Shown here one piece after another: positions 1 to 10,597 of a stretch of 58,277 nucleotides of DNA. The notes below the pieces were generated by a model. It did no database searches. It was not told the DNA's origin and was given only the letters and a program-made list of their open reading frames with translations. A program made the position numbers and the translations under genes. Source of the stretch: Octopus bimaculoides (lineage: Eukaryota); NCBI RefSeq assembly GCF_001194135.2, contig NC_068988.1, positions 45,539,692 to 45,597,968 on the forward strand, given 5' to 3'. The stretch's first letter is position 1; every line of letters begins with the position of its first letter.

Positions 1-133
1 TCTTCAGAATGTCCTCAAATTTCTATACAGCATATTTTGCCTTTTTTTCTTCAAGTATATAAGCAACAATTTCATTCCCGAGCAATGCCGGGTGCCTCTG
101 CTAGTATATATATATATATGTATATATATATAT

Positions 134-296
134 ACGACAGGCTTCTTTCAGTTTCCGTCTACCAAATCCACTCACAAGGCTTTGATCAGCTCAAGGCTAT
201 AGTAGAAGACACTTGCCCAAGTTGCCACGCAGTGGGACTGAACCTGGAACCATATGCTTGGGAAGCAAGCTTCTTACCACACAGCCATGCTGCACC
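134..296 (-). mobile_element. tRNA-derived SINE family A, head half
   Basis: Reverse complement of the head 'ggcgcaggagtggctgtgtggtaag...agtcccactgcgtggcaccttgggcaagtgtcttctactatagcc...gaaactgaaagaagcc' that recurs about ten times in the window. Confidence 0.85.
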
Positions 297-529
297 TATA
301 TCACAATATTTTTTTCATTTAAATACCTTTTTCAGTAATATTGTTGCCAACAGCAGGCTTAACAATGTCAACTATAAAATAGTCAACTGCTACAAACATA
401 GCAGTTCTTCTCCATTCTTTGAATAGATATGGTGGATTTGGCAGTTCTATAAAAATTTCATGTGTTCAATATACAGTCATCATCATCATCATCATCATCA
501 ACAATACCATTTCTTCTTGTTCTTTTCTC

Positions 530-750
530 TTTCTCCTCCTCCACTTCCTACACTTCCTCCTCCTCCTCCTACACTTCCTCTTGCTCCTCCTACACTGCCT
601 CCTCCTCCTCCTACACTGCCTCCTCCTACACTGCCTCCTCCTACACTGCCTCCTCCTCCTCCCCTCCTCTTACCCTGCCTCCCCTCTCCCACCACCTCAC
701 TCTCTGCCACCCATGCATCCCCTGCCTCCCTCACTCCCTCACTCCTGCCT
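530..750. repeat. C-rich degenerate tandem repeat (cctcctcctacactg units), preceded by (CAT)n
   Basis: Repeated 15-nt-like units visible directly; several frames open only because of low complexity. Confidence 0.85.
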
Positions 751-799
751 CCCCTGTGTGTATGTGTATATTGTATTTAATATATTATATTATATGAAG

Positions 800-962
800 G
801 CAGCAAGCTGGATGAGTTCGTCCGTCTTTGTGTTCTGAGTTCAAATGCTGCAGTGGTTGACTTTACCTTCCATCCTTTTGGGGTCATAAAATAAGTACCA
901 ATTGAACACTGAGTTAATCCCTCCCTAGAAATCGCTGTCCTTGTATCAAAATTTGAAACCAA
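800..962 (+). mobile_element. SINE family B, 5'-truncated
   Basis: Matches family B body 'gttctgagttcaaat...gactttgcctttcatcctttcggggtcgataaaataagtacc' and tail 'aaatttgaaacc' followed by att repeats. Confidence 0.75.
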
Positions 963-1441
963 TCTATTATATTACATAGAATGAGAAAAAGAGACTATGT
1001 ATTAAACATTATTTTTCCTCTCTATTATTAGCTGAATTTCATAGAAATTGGTCTTATCAGAAAACATGCCCTGAAAAATCTTGATTGAGATCACTTCAAA
1101 CTCTCTTTTCTCTAATGCTACCAGGAAGAGCATATCATCTGTACAATGCAGAAAATATCCCATTTACTCTGTCCAAGCAATGTCCATATCAAGCTCATTG
1201 GTCATTCAAAGTTAGGCCCCCGGGTTACATACCCACCTAAAAAAATTGAGTTCTGTCACATTACAACATTGCAACACAAGTTCTTTTATCTTGACTGGGC
1301 CTGCTTCATTCAAAGAATAATCATATGAGAAAACAGCCCTAAAATATTCTTCCAGTAAATAGCAAACTGACACCCAAACATATTTCAGTAAACAGCCACT
1401 CTCTACTTAAGCATGCTGTAGTGTCCCAAAGTATCACTTAA

Positions 1442-1661
1442 CTCTTTAGCATTTACATTGTTCTGTCAAAATTAATGCTTATTTATTCACATGCATTTAA
1501 TTAACCACGCATTATTGTGTAGCTTTGAGATTTTAATGGGGTAACAGTTAAAGTTTAGAATTATATTGTAGGGTAGGTGTGAGAGGCTACATCTGGCCAG
1601 TTTAAACACCAAAAATGATAGAATATTTGGACTGGATCTGGCTAGTTTAAATACTAAAGGG
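1442..1661. mobile_element. piggyBac-like MITE (~220 bp)
   Basis: TTAA-ctctttagcattt ... atactaaaggg-TTAA; terminal inverted repeats and TTAA target duplication; related copies at 8.4, 9.4, 20.3 and 40.9 kb. Confidence 0.8.
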
Positions 1662-1706
1662 TTAATTGATTACTCCGGCTGGTACTATTAACTTAGATAT
1701 GATCTA

Positions 1707-1924
1707 AAGGTGGTGAGCTGACAGAATCATTAGCATGCTGAGCAAAATGCTTCATGGTATTTTGTCTATCTTCACGTTCTGAGTTCAAATTGTGCTGAGG
1801 TCAACTTTGCCTTGCATCCTTTCGGGGGTCAATTAAATAAATAAATACCAGTTATGCGCTGGAGTCGATGTAATTGACTTAATCCCTTCCTCCAAATTTG
1901 AAGCCTTGTGCCCTCAGCAGAAGG
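1707..1924 (+). mobile_element. SINE family B, full length, with 20-bp target-site duplication
   Basis: Head 'aaggtggtgagctgacagaatcattagc'; flanked by tattaacttagatat(g/a)atct at 1686-1705 and 1925-1944. Confidence 0.85.
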
Positions 1925-2129
1925 TATTAACTTAGATATAATCTGGGCAAATAATGACCATAAAAATCCATCCACATCCATGTTAAGTTATATAATATCC
2001 ATAATCTCTCACATGTATTCACATATACATATTAGTATTTAAAGTGTGTGTGTAAATATTGAGAGGAATGGGAAAGGATTATCAATATAAGGTTTTTTTT
2101 GCATGTTCACAAGCAGGAGGCAAATGTGT

Positions 2130-2338
2130 GTGTACTGCAGAAAGTTAGAAATTTTAGGATAAGGATTAAGTTGATTATATCTAACCTAAGTACTTAATTG
2201 GTATTTATTTTATTGACCTTGAAAAGATCAAGGCAAAGTCGACTTTGATGAAATTTGAACTCAGACTGCTTAGAGCTGGAAAAAATGCTGCTAAGCATTT
2301 TGTCTGATGTACTAAAGATTCTGCTGACTCTCTTCTCT
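2130..2338 (-). mobile_element. SINE family B
   Basis: Reverse complement of family B body: 'ggcaaagtcgactttgatgaaatttgaactcag...ctaagcattttgtctgatgtactaaagattctgc'. Confidence 0.75.
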
Positions 2339-3377
2339 TGGAGATGGCATAGTGTAAAAATAGAGAATTGTATGGTTACACGTTCTTACATTTTTATATA
2401 TATAACTATTTGCTGACATACCCAGTAATTCCCAGAAAAGTGGGGCTTATCCCCTGGTCCCATTCTCATAATTGTTTCACTAATCCAGTAGCAACAATGC
2501 AAAATATGTAGCCCTTAACACAGTTTTTGTGCATTTACAGAGAATACCAAACTGTCTTACATAGGATCTTCTTTTTAGTAAATCCTAATAAGTTATGAAT
2601 ACCCAAATCATGAAGTCAGTTATATAATAACATGCAAATTAGTTACCCGATAGTAACAGTTCAAACAAAGTAGACCTGAAAAGGGCTTTAATGTGTTCCC
2701 AGAGTATATAGAACTTTGGGGGAAATACTAATAAAGTATGTATACCAAAATTATGAAGCATGTTACGTAATAACAGGCAAATCCGACATGTATGGTTATA
2801 TGTTCTTACATTTTTATATATATAACTATAACATTTTTATACTTGTGGAGTTTGGAAGAGAGGGTAATTCTCTCCATGACCAGAGGAACTGAGGCCATTT
2901 ATGTCCTTCTTAATTATTTGCAAGTCAACACCAACAGAGGTTACAATAGTATCAGTAGAAAAAGCAAAGTGCTCTGGTGGGGAAGTGGCTAGAAGATGCC
3001 TGTGAGTGACTTTATACTATCATTTGGGGGACCATTTTCTGGATGCTGATTAGAATGTCTGATTGTGCAACAGCTGCACTATTCCGTGTGTGTGTGTGTG
3101 TGTGTGCTGGGGTGTGTGAGTGAGTGAGTGAGTTTCTTCTGTATTTCTCTTGTGTGATCCAATCTCTTATTGGTCCAATCTCTTATTGGTTCAATCTCTC
3201 GTTGGACATTTCCAGTTTTTTCAATGAAAAGCGATCACAATCTTCTTACTCAAAAATCCTTCTCTATTTCTGGAGAAAAGATGCCACAAGTGGCCTCACA
3301 TAACTTTTCTCATACAACAGTAGATTGGATTCAGTGTGTGTATGTGTGTGAAGGAGAGAGTTAGAGAAAGACGGAGA

Positions 3378-3530
3378 GAAAAATCAGCATCAATCTTTGA
3401 CTGGTATATTATTTATCAACCACAGAAGGATAAAAAAAAAACGGTTGACTTTCTCAGCATTTGAACTTAGAGAGCTGAAACAACTAACTGAAAGCATTAT
3501 TTTTGACACACTATCAACTCTGTAATTCTC
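3378..3530 (-). mobile_element. SINE family B, degenerate
   Basis: 'ctggtatattatttatcaaccacagaaggat...gttgactttctcagcatttgaacttagag' matches family B in reverse. Confidence 0.6.
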
Positions 3531-3948
3531 TACCATCATACATATATGTAGATATAGATTATATATAAGTTTGTCTTAGAAGCATAATGAAACACTATTC
3601 ATTCATATTTTTGTGTTCATAATATGTCATTATCAGAACATTGACTAATATATATTTATCTCACTTATACATCTGGTTTCACTTCGAAGATCTCACACTA
3701 TCTTATACCTTGACTGTTCTGGAAGAGATATCAACAATGTCTGGTTGATATATTGATGTGTATGTATGTGTGTGCACACATGCAAGTGTGTGTGTGTGCG
3801 TGTGTGCATGCTTGTATGCGTGTGTGTGTGTGTGTGTGTGTGTGCACGTGTGTGAGCATGTGTGTGTGTGTATATATTCCTATTCATGTATATCTATGTA
3901 ATTACATCTATCTATCAATCTATGTAGTTGTGTATGTATGAGTATGTA

Positions 3949-3980
<32 letters not shown>

Positions 3981-4654
3981 NNNNNNNNNNNNNNNNNNNN
4001 NNNNNNNNNNNNNNNNNNNNNNNNNNNNNNNNNNNNNNNNNNNNNNNNNNNNNNNNNNNNNNNNNNNNNNNNNNNNNNNNNNNNNNNNNNNNNNNNNNNN
4101 NNNNNNNNNNNNNNNNNNNNNNNNNNNNNNNNNNNNNNNNNNNNNNNNNNNNNNNNNNNNNNNNNNNNNNNNNNNNNNNNNNNNNNNNNNNNNNNNNNNN
4201 NNNNNNNNNNNNNNNNNNNNNNNNNNNNNNNNNNNNNNNNNNNNNNNNNNNNNNNNNNNNNNNNNNNNNNNNNNNNNNNNNNNNNNNNNNNNNNNNNNNN
4301 NNNNNNNNNNNNNNNNNNNNNNNNNNNNNNNNNNNNNNNNNNNNNNNNNNNNNNNNNNNNNNNNNNNNNNNNNNNNNNNNNNNNNNNNNNNNNNNNNNNN
4401 NNNNNNNNNNNNNNNNNNNNNNNNNNNNNNNNNNNNNNNNNNNNNNNNNNNNNNNNNNNNNNNNNNNNNNNNNNNNNNNNNNNNNNNNNNNNNNNNNNNN
4501 NNNNNNNNNNNNNNNNNNNNNNNNNNNNNNNNNNNNNNNNNNNNNNNNNNNNNNNNNNNNNNNNNNNNNNNNNNNNNNNNNNNNNNNNNNNNNNNNNNNN
4601 NNNNNNNNNNNNNNNNNNNNNNNNNNNNNNNNNNNNNNNNNNNNNNNNNNNNNN
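3981..4654. other. Assembly gap within (TA)n
   Basis: N run; other large gaps at 10598-11012, 33414-34000, 38387-38838 and 48860-49195, plus many small ones. Confidence 0.99.
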
Positions 4655-4685
<31 letters not shown>

Positions 4686-5380
4686 CGTTTGCGTGTATGT
4701 GAAATGTGTAAGTATGTAGAGGCACATACAGTCATAGACACACACATACATATTCATAAATACTCGTAAATATTAAACATTGACGCTTGCACACATTTAA
4801 TTAGCTGAAACTGAAAAATTACACACGAATTGTGTATGGTAATAAATTCACCCCTGGATACATCCGTGGTAATCACTGAAAGGAATTATAACCAAAGACC
4901 AATTCTTACAACCAAAAGTTCTGTAAAGTTTTCTGTCCAAAGCCAGCAGCAGAAAATCTGATAAGGTGTTGAATGAAATAATTAGAAATTCTAATGAATC
5001 TTTGTATAATATTTGTCTTTGTTTTACGTTTCAATTTTGTTAGAATTTCTTGGTTTAAATTATGGGAAATAGTGTTAGGTGTCAATATATATATATAAGT
5101 TTTGGGAATGAGTAAATGTGTGATAGATATATGTTTGTCTGTGTCTATAAATATTGAGAAACATCACATGGTATTAAGACATTGCTGTATCAGTCAATAA
5201 AGTGTTGAACTGTTGTTGAGCTGTGGGCTATTGTTCAAATTGATCACAATCAGTACTCAGCTCAATGAATGGCTCAAGACTCTTAAATCCTGCATGCACA
5301 CTTGACCTAAACGAAAATTAGTAACCACAGGAAATTGCACCACGTTTCTGTAAACAGTGGGAACCTGTATGAATAACGAG

Positions 5381-5702
5381 TGTCTTTAACTATAGCCATG
5401 GGTTGACCAAAATCTTGTGATTGGATTTGGTAGATGGAAATTGAAAGAAGCCTGTTGTATATATGTGTGTGTGTGTTTGTGCTCCCCCACCCCCTGCTTT
5501 ATAACCAGTGTTGGTTTGTTTACATCCCCATAATTTAGCGGTTCAGCGAAAGAAACCTACTGAGTAAGTACCAAGTTTATATATATAAAAACAAACAAAC
5601 AAATGAATTACTGGGTTTGATCTGTTTGACTGAAAATTTTTCAAGGCGGTGCCCCAGATTGGCCACAGTCTAATGACTGAAACAAGTAAAAGATAAAAGA
5701 TA
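5381..5702 (+). mobile_element. SINE family A, 5'-truncated
   Basis: 'ggatttggtagatggaaattgaaagaagcc', central TG repeat and tail 'aaggcggtgccccagattggccacagtc...gaaacaagtaaaagataaaaga'. Confidence 0.8.
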
Positions 5703-6129
5703 GAAGATGACACTGCATCTCAGACTGCATTACCCTGCTCTTTCCTAAAATTTCAAGGTTTAGTATGATGATGATTTGACTGCTATTTATAGAAGGTTGA
5801 TTGATTAAGTAATGTGTTGTGATTAGTACACTTGTATATTTAAAGAGTCTCAGATTCAATCCTCATCTGTTTAAGTTGCACCTTTCTTTTTGTCTTTGTC
5901 TATTCTTTCACTTCTATTTAATATATTTAACCATAAACACAAAATGACTTTCCCGAACTTCAAGGGCCAATATTAACTGAAAAGAGATTATATAGCAACC
6001 CTATAATATTACAGGTACTAAGTGCAATAAAGATATTCAAAACTATGGCTTTGATTGGGTAAAGAACCTAGATTGAACCTAGAAAGTTCCCCTTCGAGGT
6101 ACAAGTCTGAGTAAGGTTGTTTAAGGAAG

Positions 6130-6372
6130 ACCAGCTGTTGCCCAAGCATACCAGTCATCCCTCTCCATGCTGCCAATGTTATCAAAGGGAAAGGCAAAGT
6201 CCAATACAACTTGGCACCAGTAATGTTACAACTCATCTCTACAGCTGAGTGAACTGGAGCAATGTGAAATAAAGTATCAAGAACACAACACACAGCCCAG
6301 TCTGGGAATCGAACTCAACACCTCATGATTGTGTGAGCCTGATGCTCTAACCACTGAGCTATGCGTTCTTCA
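6130..6372 (-). mobile_element. tRNA-derived SINE family E
   Basis: Reverse-strand tRNA-like head with A/B-box-like segments ('ctcagtggttagagc', 'gagttcgattccc') followed by 'atttcacattgctccagttcactcagctg'. Confidence 0.75.
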
Positions 6373-6595
6373 CTTTGATCAGTATGTAATTTAATGCTTT
6401 GCATTTCTTCAGTTCAAATCCTGCTTATGTCTTCCTTAATTTTTAGCAATTTGTCATTTAGGAAACATCTACCGGAATTTTGATTACTTCTGATTAGGTA
6501 TAAGGACTGGCATGGCAGAATAGTTAAGAAGTTAACTTTGCATCTACATGATTTCAGACTTTGCCCCATTGCATTTTTTGTCCACGCTGCTTAGG

Positions 6596-6740
6596 ATCTT
6601 GGGCATGAATGAGAACCCAGGTTCGAAATTTCCTCAAGACACCTGAAGAAGGCTGGAGGATATATCAGCTGAAACGTTGTGTTAACAACAAACAAGATGA
6701 GGACAAATATCCGTCAAATGTAAATAATGTAAATAAAGCC
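6596..6740 (+). mobile_element. Penelope-like element terminal (pLTR) fragment
   Basis: 'gacacctgaagaaggctggaggatatatcagctgaaacgttgtgttaac...gtaaataatgtaaat'; CTGAAGA...GAAACG layout typical of Penelope termini; no RT seen. Confidence 0.6.
6638..6683 (+). ncRNA. Minimal type I hammerhead ribozyme motif
   Basis: Helix I gacac/gtgtt, core CUGAAGA, helix II ggctg/cagct, GAAA, palindromic AACGUU in place of helix III, GUU cleavage triplet. Confidence 0.6.
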
Positions 6741-6758
6741 TGTCATGTATACACATAC

Positions 6759-6847
<89 letters not shown>

Positions 6848-7751
6848 CGAGGGGATACCCCCCAAAAAACCTGCAATTTTGCAATATTATTTTATGCACT
6901 TCGTTTACATGTTTACACTTTTATCATCAAAATATTTTCCATTTGAAGCAATGCATTAGTCCAGATGCATTTTCCACAGTTCAAAGCAGTGCTGGAATTC
7001 TTGTGAAGTAATGCCTTTTAATACCACTGTTATTTTGTTTTTTTCTTCACCTCTTCTACATCTGCAAATTCTGTATCACCAGCTTTTATCACCAGTGATG
7101 ACCTTTGCAAAAAATTTTGAATCACTTTCAAAGTGATCTTTTAGAGTTCACGACACACATTCTGTCATGACTGCTTTTGATCTTCTGTGAACAAATTTTG
7201 CTGCAACACCTTTCATTTGTAATTCTTTGCTCAAAATTTGTTGGCAGGAACTCCAGGACATATCAGTCATATCCACAAGTTCGTCAATTTTTCAGTGATG
7301 GTCCTCCAAGATCATGAAAATTCATGAATTTTCCTGATATTTTCATTCATTCAGGGTGTTGACGGATGCCCTGAATGAGGTTGGTCTTCAAGCATCAAGT
7401 GACCATTCCTGAAGCATGAAAACCACTCATAAACTTGTGTTTTTCTCATAGCAGTGGCCTTGTAAACTGTTTGAAAGATGACAACTGTTTTGGCTGCCGT
7501 TTTCCACAGCAGAAAACAGAATTTCATGGAAGCACACTGTTCCTTCATTTCAGCCATTGCAAAAAAGAGGGAGAAACACTACTACAAAACAAAGGTGCAT
7601 CACATGACAGTACAACTTTACATGATGCTGCCAGTCAGCATACTGATGCCTGAGGGTTGCATCAAGTGACTTCTGGCAGCAGAAACCTAAACTACAATGG
7701 GCTTATCCCACAGAGAACATTTCTGGTTCCCATTTCTTGAGTACCTCCTTG
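6848..7751 (-). mobile_element. Mariner DNA transposon, internally deleted
   Basis: TA flanks; imperfect TIRs cgaggggatacc / gtacctccttg; minus strand gives transposase N-terminus (KFCFLLWKTAA...VYEWFSCFRNG...QPHSGHPST), a frameshifted VITGDKSW first-D motif, then jumps to a C-terminal [19 protein letters not shown]. Confidence 0.9.
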
Positions 7752-8110
7752 TATGTGTGTTTCTTTGTCTGCACACACAAATATATGTTTAATGACATTT
7801 CCTATAAACAAATAGTCTGGTAACTCAATACTATATGTATTCAGCTACCAGATTATTTGTATGTTATTAACTTGAAGGTAGAAAAGTATTACAACAGTAT
7901 TAAGTGCAACCTTTGATTTTTTTTATTGATATAAATTTGCTAGAGAAGTAGGGTAACACCTATAGCTCTTTTTTAAGATCTGCAACACTGACTGGAGGAA
8001 GGCTGGTTATCTGCTAACTGAAAAACTGGGTTGTTCAAGTGGTGATCTGTATTTTACATATGATACATACAAATTTAACTGCTGAGCCGTAAATACCTTA
8101 CTGATGTAAA

Positions 8111-8288
8111 GGTATGTGGTGCAGTGGTTTGAATATTAAACTCATAATTGTTGGGACACAGATTCAGTTCTCATGCAGGGCAGCATGCTGTATCACTGAG
8201 CCGTGCACTTCATTTCACGTTGCTTTAGTATTCTCATTTCACAACGAGTACCATAGAGAGTTGGCAGGGGTGGGAAGGATTTAAACCT
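8111..8288 (+). mobile_element. tRNA-derived SINE family E, degenerate (copy 1 of a local pair)
   Basis: 'ggtatgtggtgcagtggtttgaatattaaactcataattgtt...cacttcatttcacgttgc'; near-collinear with 9194-9374. Confidence 0.7.
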
Positions 8289-8342
8289 ATGATTGACTGG
8301 CATCACACTGAAGAACTAAGTCCTGTATTCTCAGTTGTTTAA

Positions 8343-8770
8343 CCCTTTTGATAGCACCCAGCCTCACCCTTTAGCATTCAGATTACTTGGTCAAATGCAA
8401 TGTTTATTTATAAAGATGGTTTTCAAATTAATCGTGCATTTTCTCATAGCTTCAAGATTTCGATAATGCGTTCATTTATTTTTTAGAATGACCATGTTGG
8501 GTAGGTGTGTGAGGCCAGATCTGGCCAATCTACATATAAAACAAGCTGAGTATTTGAGCTAGATATGGCCTGTTTAAATGCTAAAGAGTTAAGAATGACC
8601 TTGGTTCTATAATACAAATTTCATGCTTTAAAATTATCTAAATAAAAAAACTTCCATCAAAGTTTCATGTATTAATATTGGCAGTTATTTAACCAAATTC
8701 TTCATTATTTTAAAAATTAATTGAAGAAAGGCAATGTATTTATATGGGGATATGGTATGAAAAAAAGGGT
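8343..8770. mobile_element. piggyBac-like MITE containing a nested second piggyBac-like MITE (~8368-8588)
   Basis: Outer TTAA-cccttttgata ... aaaaaaggg-tttaa; inner ccctttagcattc ... aatgctaaagag-TTAA. Confidence 0.6.
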
Positions 8771-9193
8771 TTAAATACCATAGGAAATGGGATAAGCTCT
8801 AACCTAATAGGCCTGTAAGCTCAAGAAAGACTTTAACTGTTACCTAACTTCATTGATGGACACATTGACATGCTGGTTAGAGGGTTTTAATCTGCCGATT
8901 TTTCATCTGTCAGTTTATAGGTGAGTTTGTTGAATATCAATTTGGTTGCTGTGAGGAGCAGGATAAAATAAAGAGCAGTTTACAGACCCTTCAAAACAAT
9001 ATAGATAAACTGGTGTTTCACCACTAGTTTATCTACACATACAAAAGAAACTGGCCATTAATTGAACACAACAATCTCTTAATATTCAATGAAGGTAATT
9101 GTAGAATGAAAATATAGTTTTTTTTTCACTCCTCATAGCTACCTAACTTATTGATACAGAACAAACTACATTCTGACTCAGAATGTAGTGACA

Positions 9194-9374
9194 GGTATGT
9201 GGTGCAGTGGTTTGAATATTAAACTCATAATTGTTAGGACACTCTGGTTCAGTTCTCATACAGGGCAGAATGCTGTATCATTGAGCCATGCACCTCATTT
9301 CACACTGCTTTAGTACTCTCATTTCACAATGAATATCATAGAGAGCTTGGCAGAGATAGGAAGGATTTAAACCT
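9194..9374 (+). mobile_element. tRNA-derived SINE family E, degenerate (copy 2 of a local pair)
   Basis: Aligns end to end with 8111-8288 and ends at the same 'ggaaggatttaaacct'. Confidence 0.7.
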
Positions 9375-9446
9375 AGTTTGTTCTGTATCAATAAATAAAA
9401 CTTGTCACTGTTCTGTTTAACACCACATGGTTCTAAGATAACTTTA

Positions 9447-9677
9447 ACCCCTTAGCATTTAAGCTGTCCATATCCACCCAAACATCCTAACAGCTTTATG
9501 TTTAAGCAGGCCACATCTGGCTTCACACACATACTCTACAATGTCCTCCTAAAGATAAACAATCATATAATCAAAATCTCAAAGCTATGAGTAATTCAAA
9601 ATAATGGGTAATTCAAAATAATAGGAAAAAACAAGCATTACATTTGGGAGAGAGAGGCATCTGAATGCTAAAAGGTT
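9447..9677. mobile_element. piggyBac-like MITE
   Basis: TTAA-ccccttagcattt ... gaatgctaaaagg-ttac; same internal sequence as the 40917 copy. Confidence 0.75.
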
Positions 9678-9809
9678 ACAGAAGCTCACTCACTTGCATA
9701 CATTCATTCCAAATCTCTGGTTTGGTGACAAATTTGTTCCTCTCTACACCCTCAAAGGCTGTAAGATTGGCCATGTGTACTGCCATGCCTCAGAAGCAAT
9801 TAAAAAGAA

Positions 9810-10022
9810 CCTCTGTGATAGAATTGGTTGAGCGTCAGACAAAATACTTTTTGCAGTATTTGTCATAGATCTTTATTACTCTAAGTTCAAATCCCACTGA
9901 AGTCAATTCTGCCTTTGATTCATTTGGAGTTCAAAGTGATGAAATACTTTTTAAGTACTGGGGTTGATATAATCGACTGCATTCCTTCCCTTAGCTTTCT
10001 GCCTTGTATCCACGTCAGAAAT
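9810..10022 (+). mobile_element. SINE family B, degenerate
   Basis: 'ctctaagttcaaatcccactgaagtcaattctgcctttg...gtactggggttgatataatcgac'. Confidence 0.7.
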
Positions 10023-10564
10023 AATTACTATTGTTGCTGATGCAGATCTTCATTAACTTCCTCAAATACTGAATTTTATCCACTTATCTGTCAGCTTGGC
10101 ATCCTTTTGATTCTGCCATTTGAGATTCTACTTATGTAATTATTCCCGGATACACCACAGCTTGTCAATTTGAAATGATGATAAAAATGAACCTCCTCTG
10201 TACAAAGAAGTCTCATAGATAATGTCTGTGTACCAAATTCTGCAATATGAAATAAAAAAAAAATACCTGATGATGTCCAAGCAAATCAACAAATATACTT
10301 AGCAAGGATTGATAACCAGTGACTGATAAGATTTTTGTAAACATCAATTTGTCTGTTTACCTAAGATATCATATTTCATTTGGCATCTTTACAACAATTT
10401 AGGCTCCATGTATATTATTTGGGGCCGACTGGTCGTTTGTTATGGAACATCCTTGCTATTGAATGGCTTCAGATATAAAAGTATGTGTAAACATATTTAC
10501 TCTAGTTTTTAATAGTTTCTGTCAGTCTATAACATTCTGTTAATATTATAAAACACACGAAACA

Positions 10565-10597
<33 letters not shown>

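Noticed and set aside
1040-1330. Possible transposase remnant in unique-looking sequence (similar case at 51370-51470)
   Set aside because: No frame gave a convincing DDE or other motif
3880-4769. Long ORFs (250-280 aa) here and at 10.5-11.2, 33.3-34.1, 38.0-39.0 and 48.7-49.6 kb
   Set aside because: They are open only because they run through N gaps and (TA)n/(CA)n repeats
6290-6372. tRNA-like segments at SINE heads (also 8111, 9194, 41201, 51200)
   Set aside because: A/B-box remnants only; no complete cloverleaf, and each continues into a SINE body
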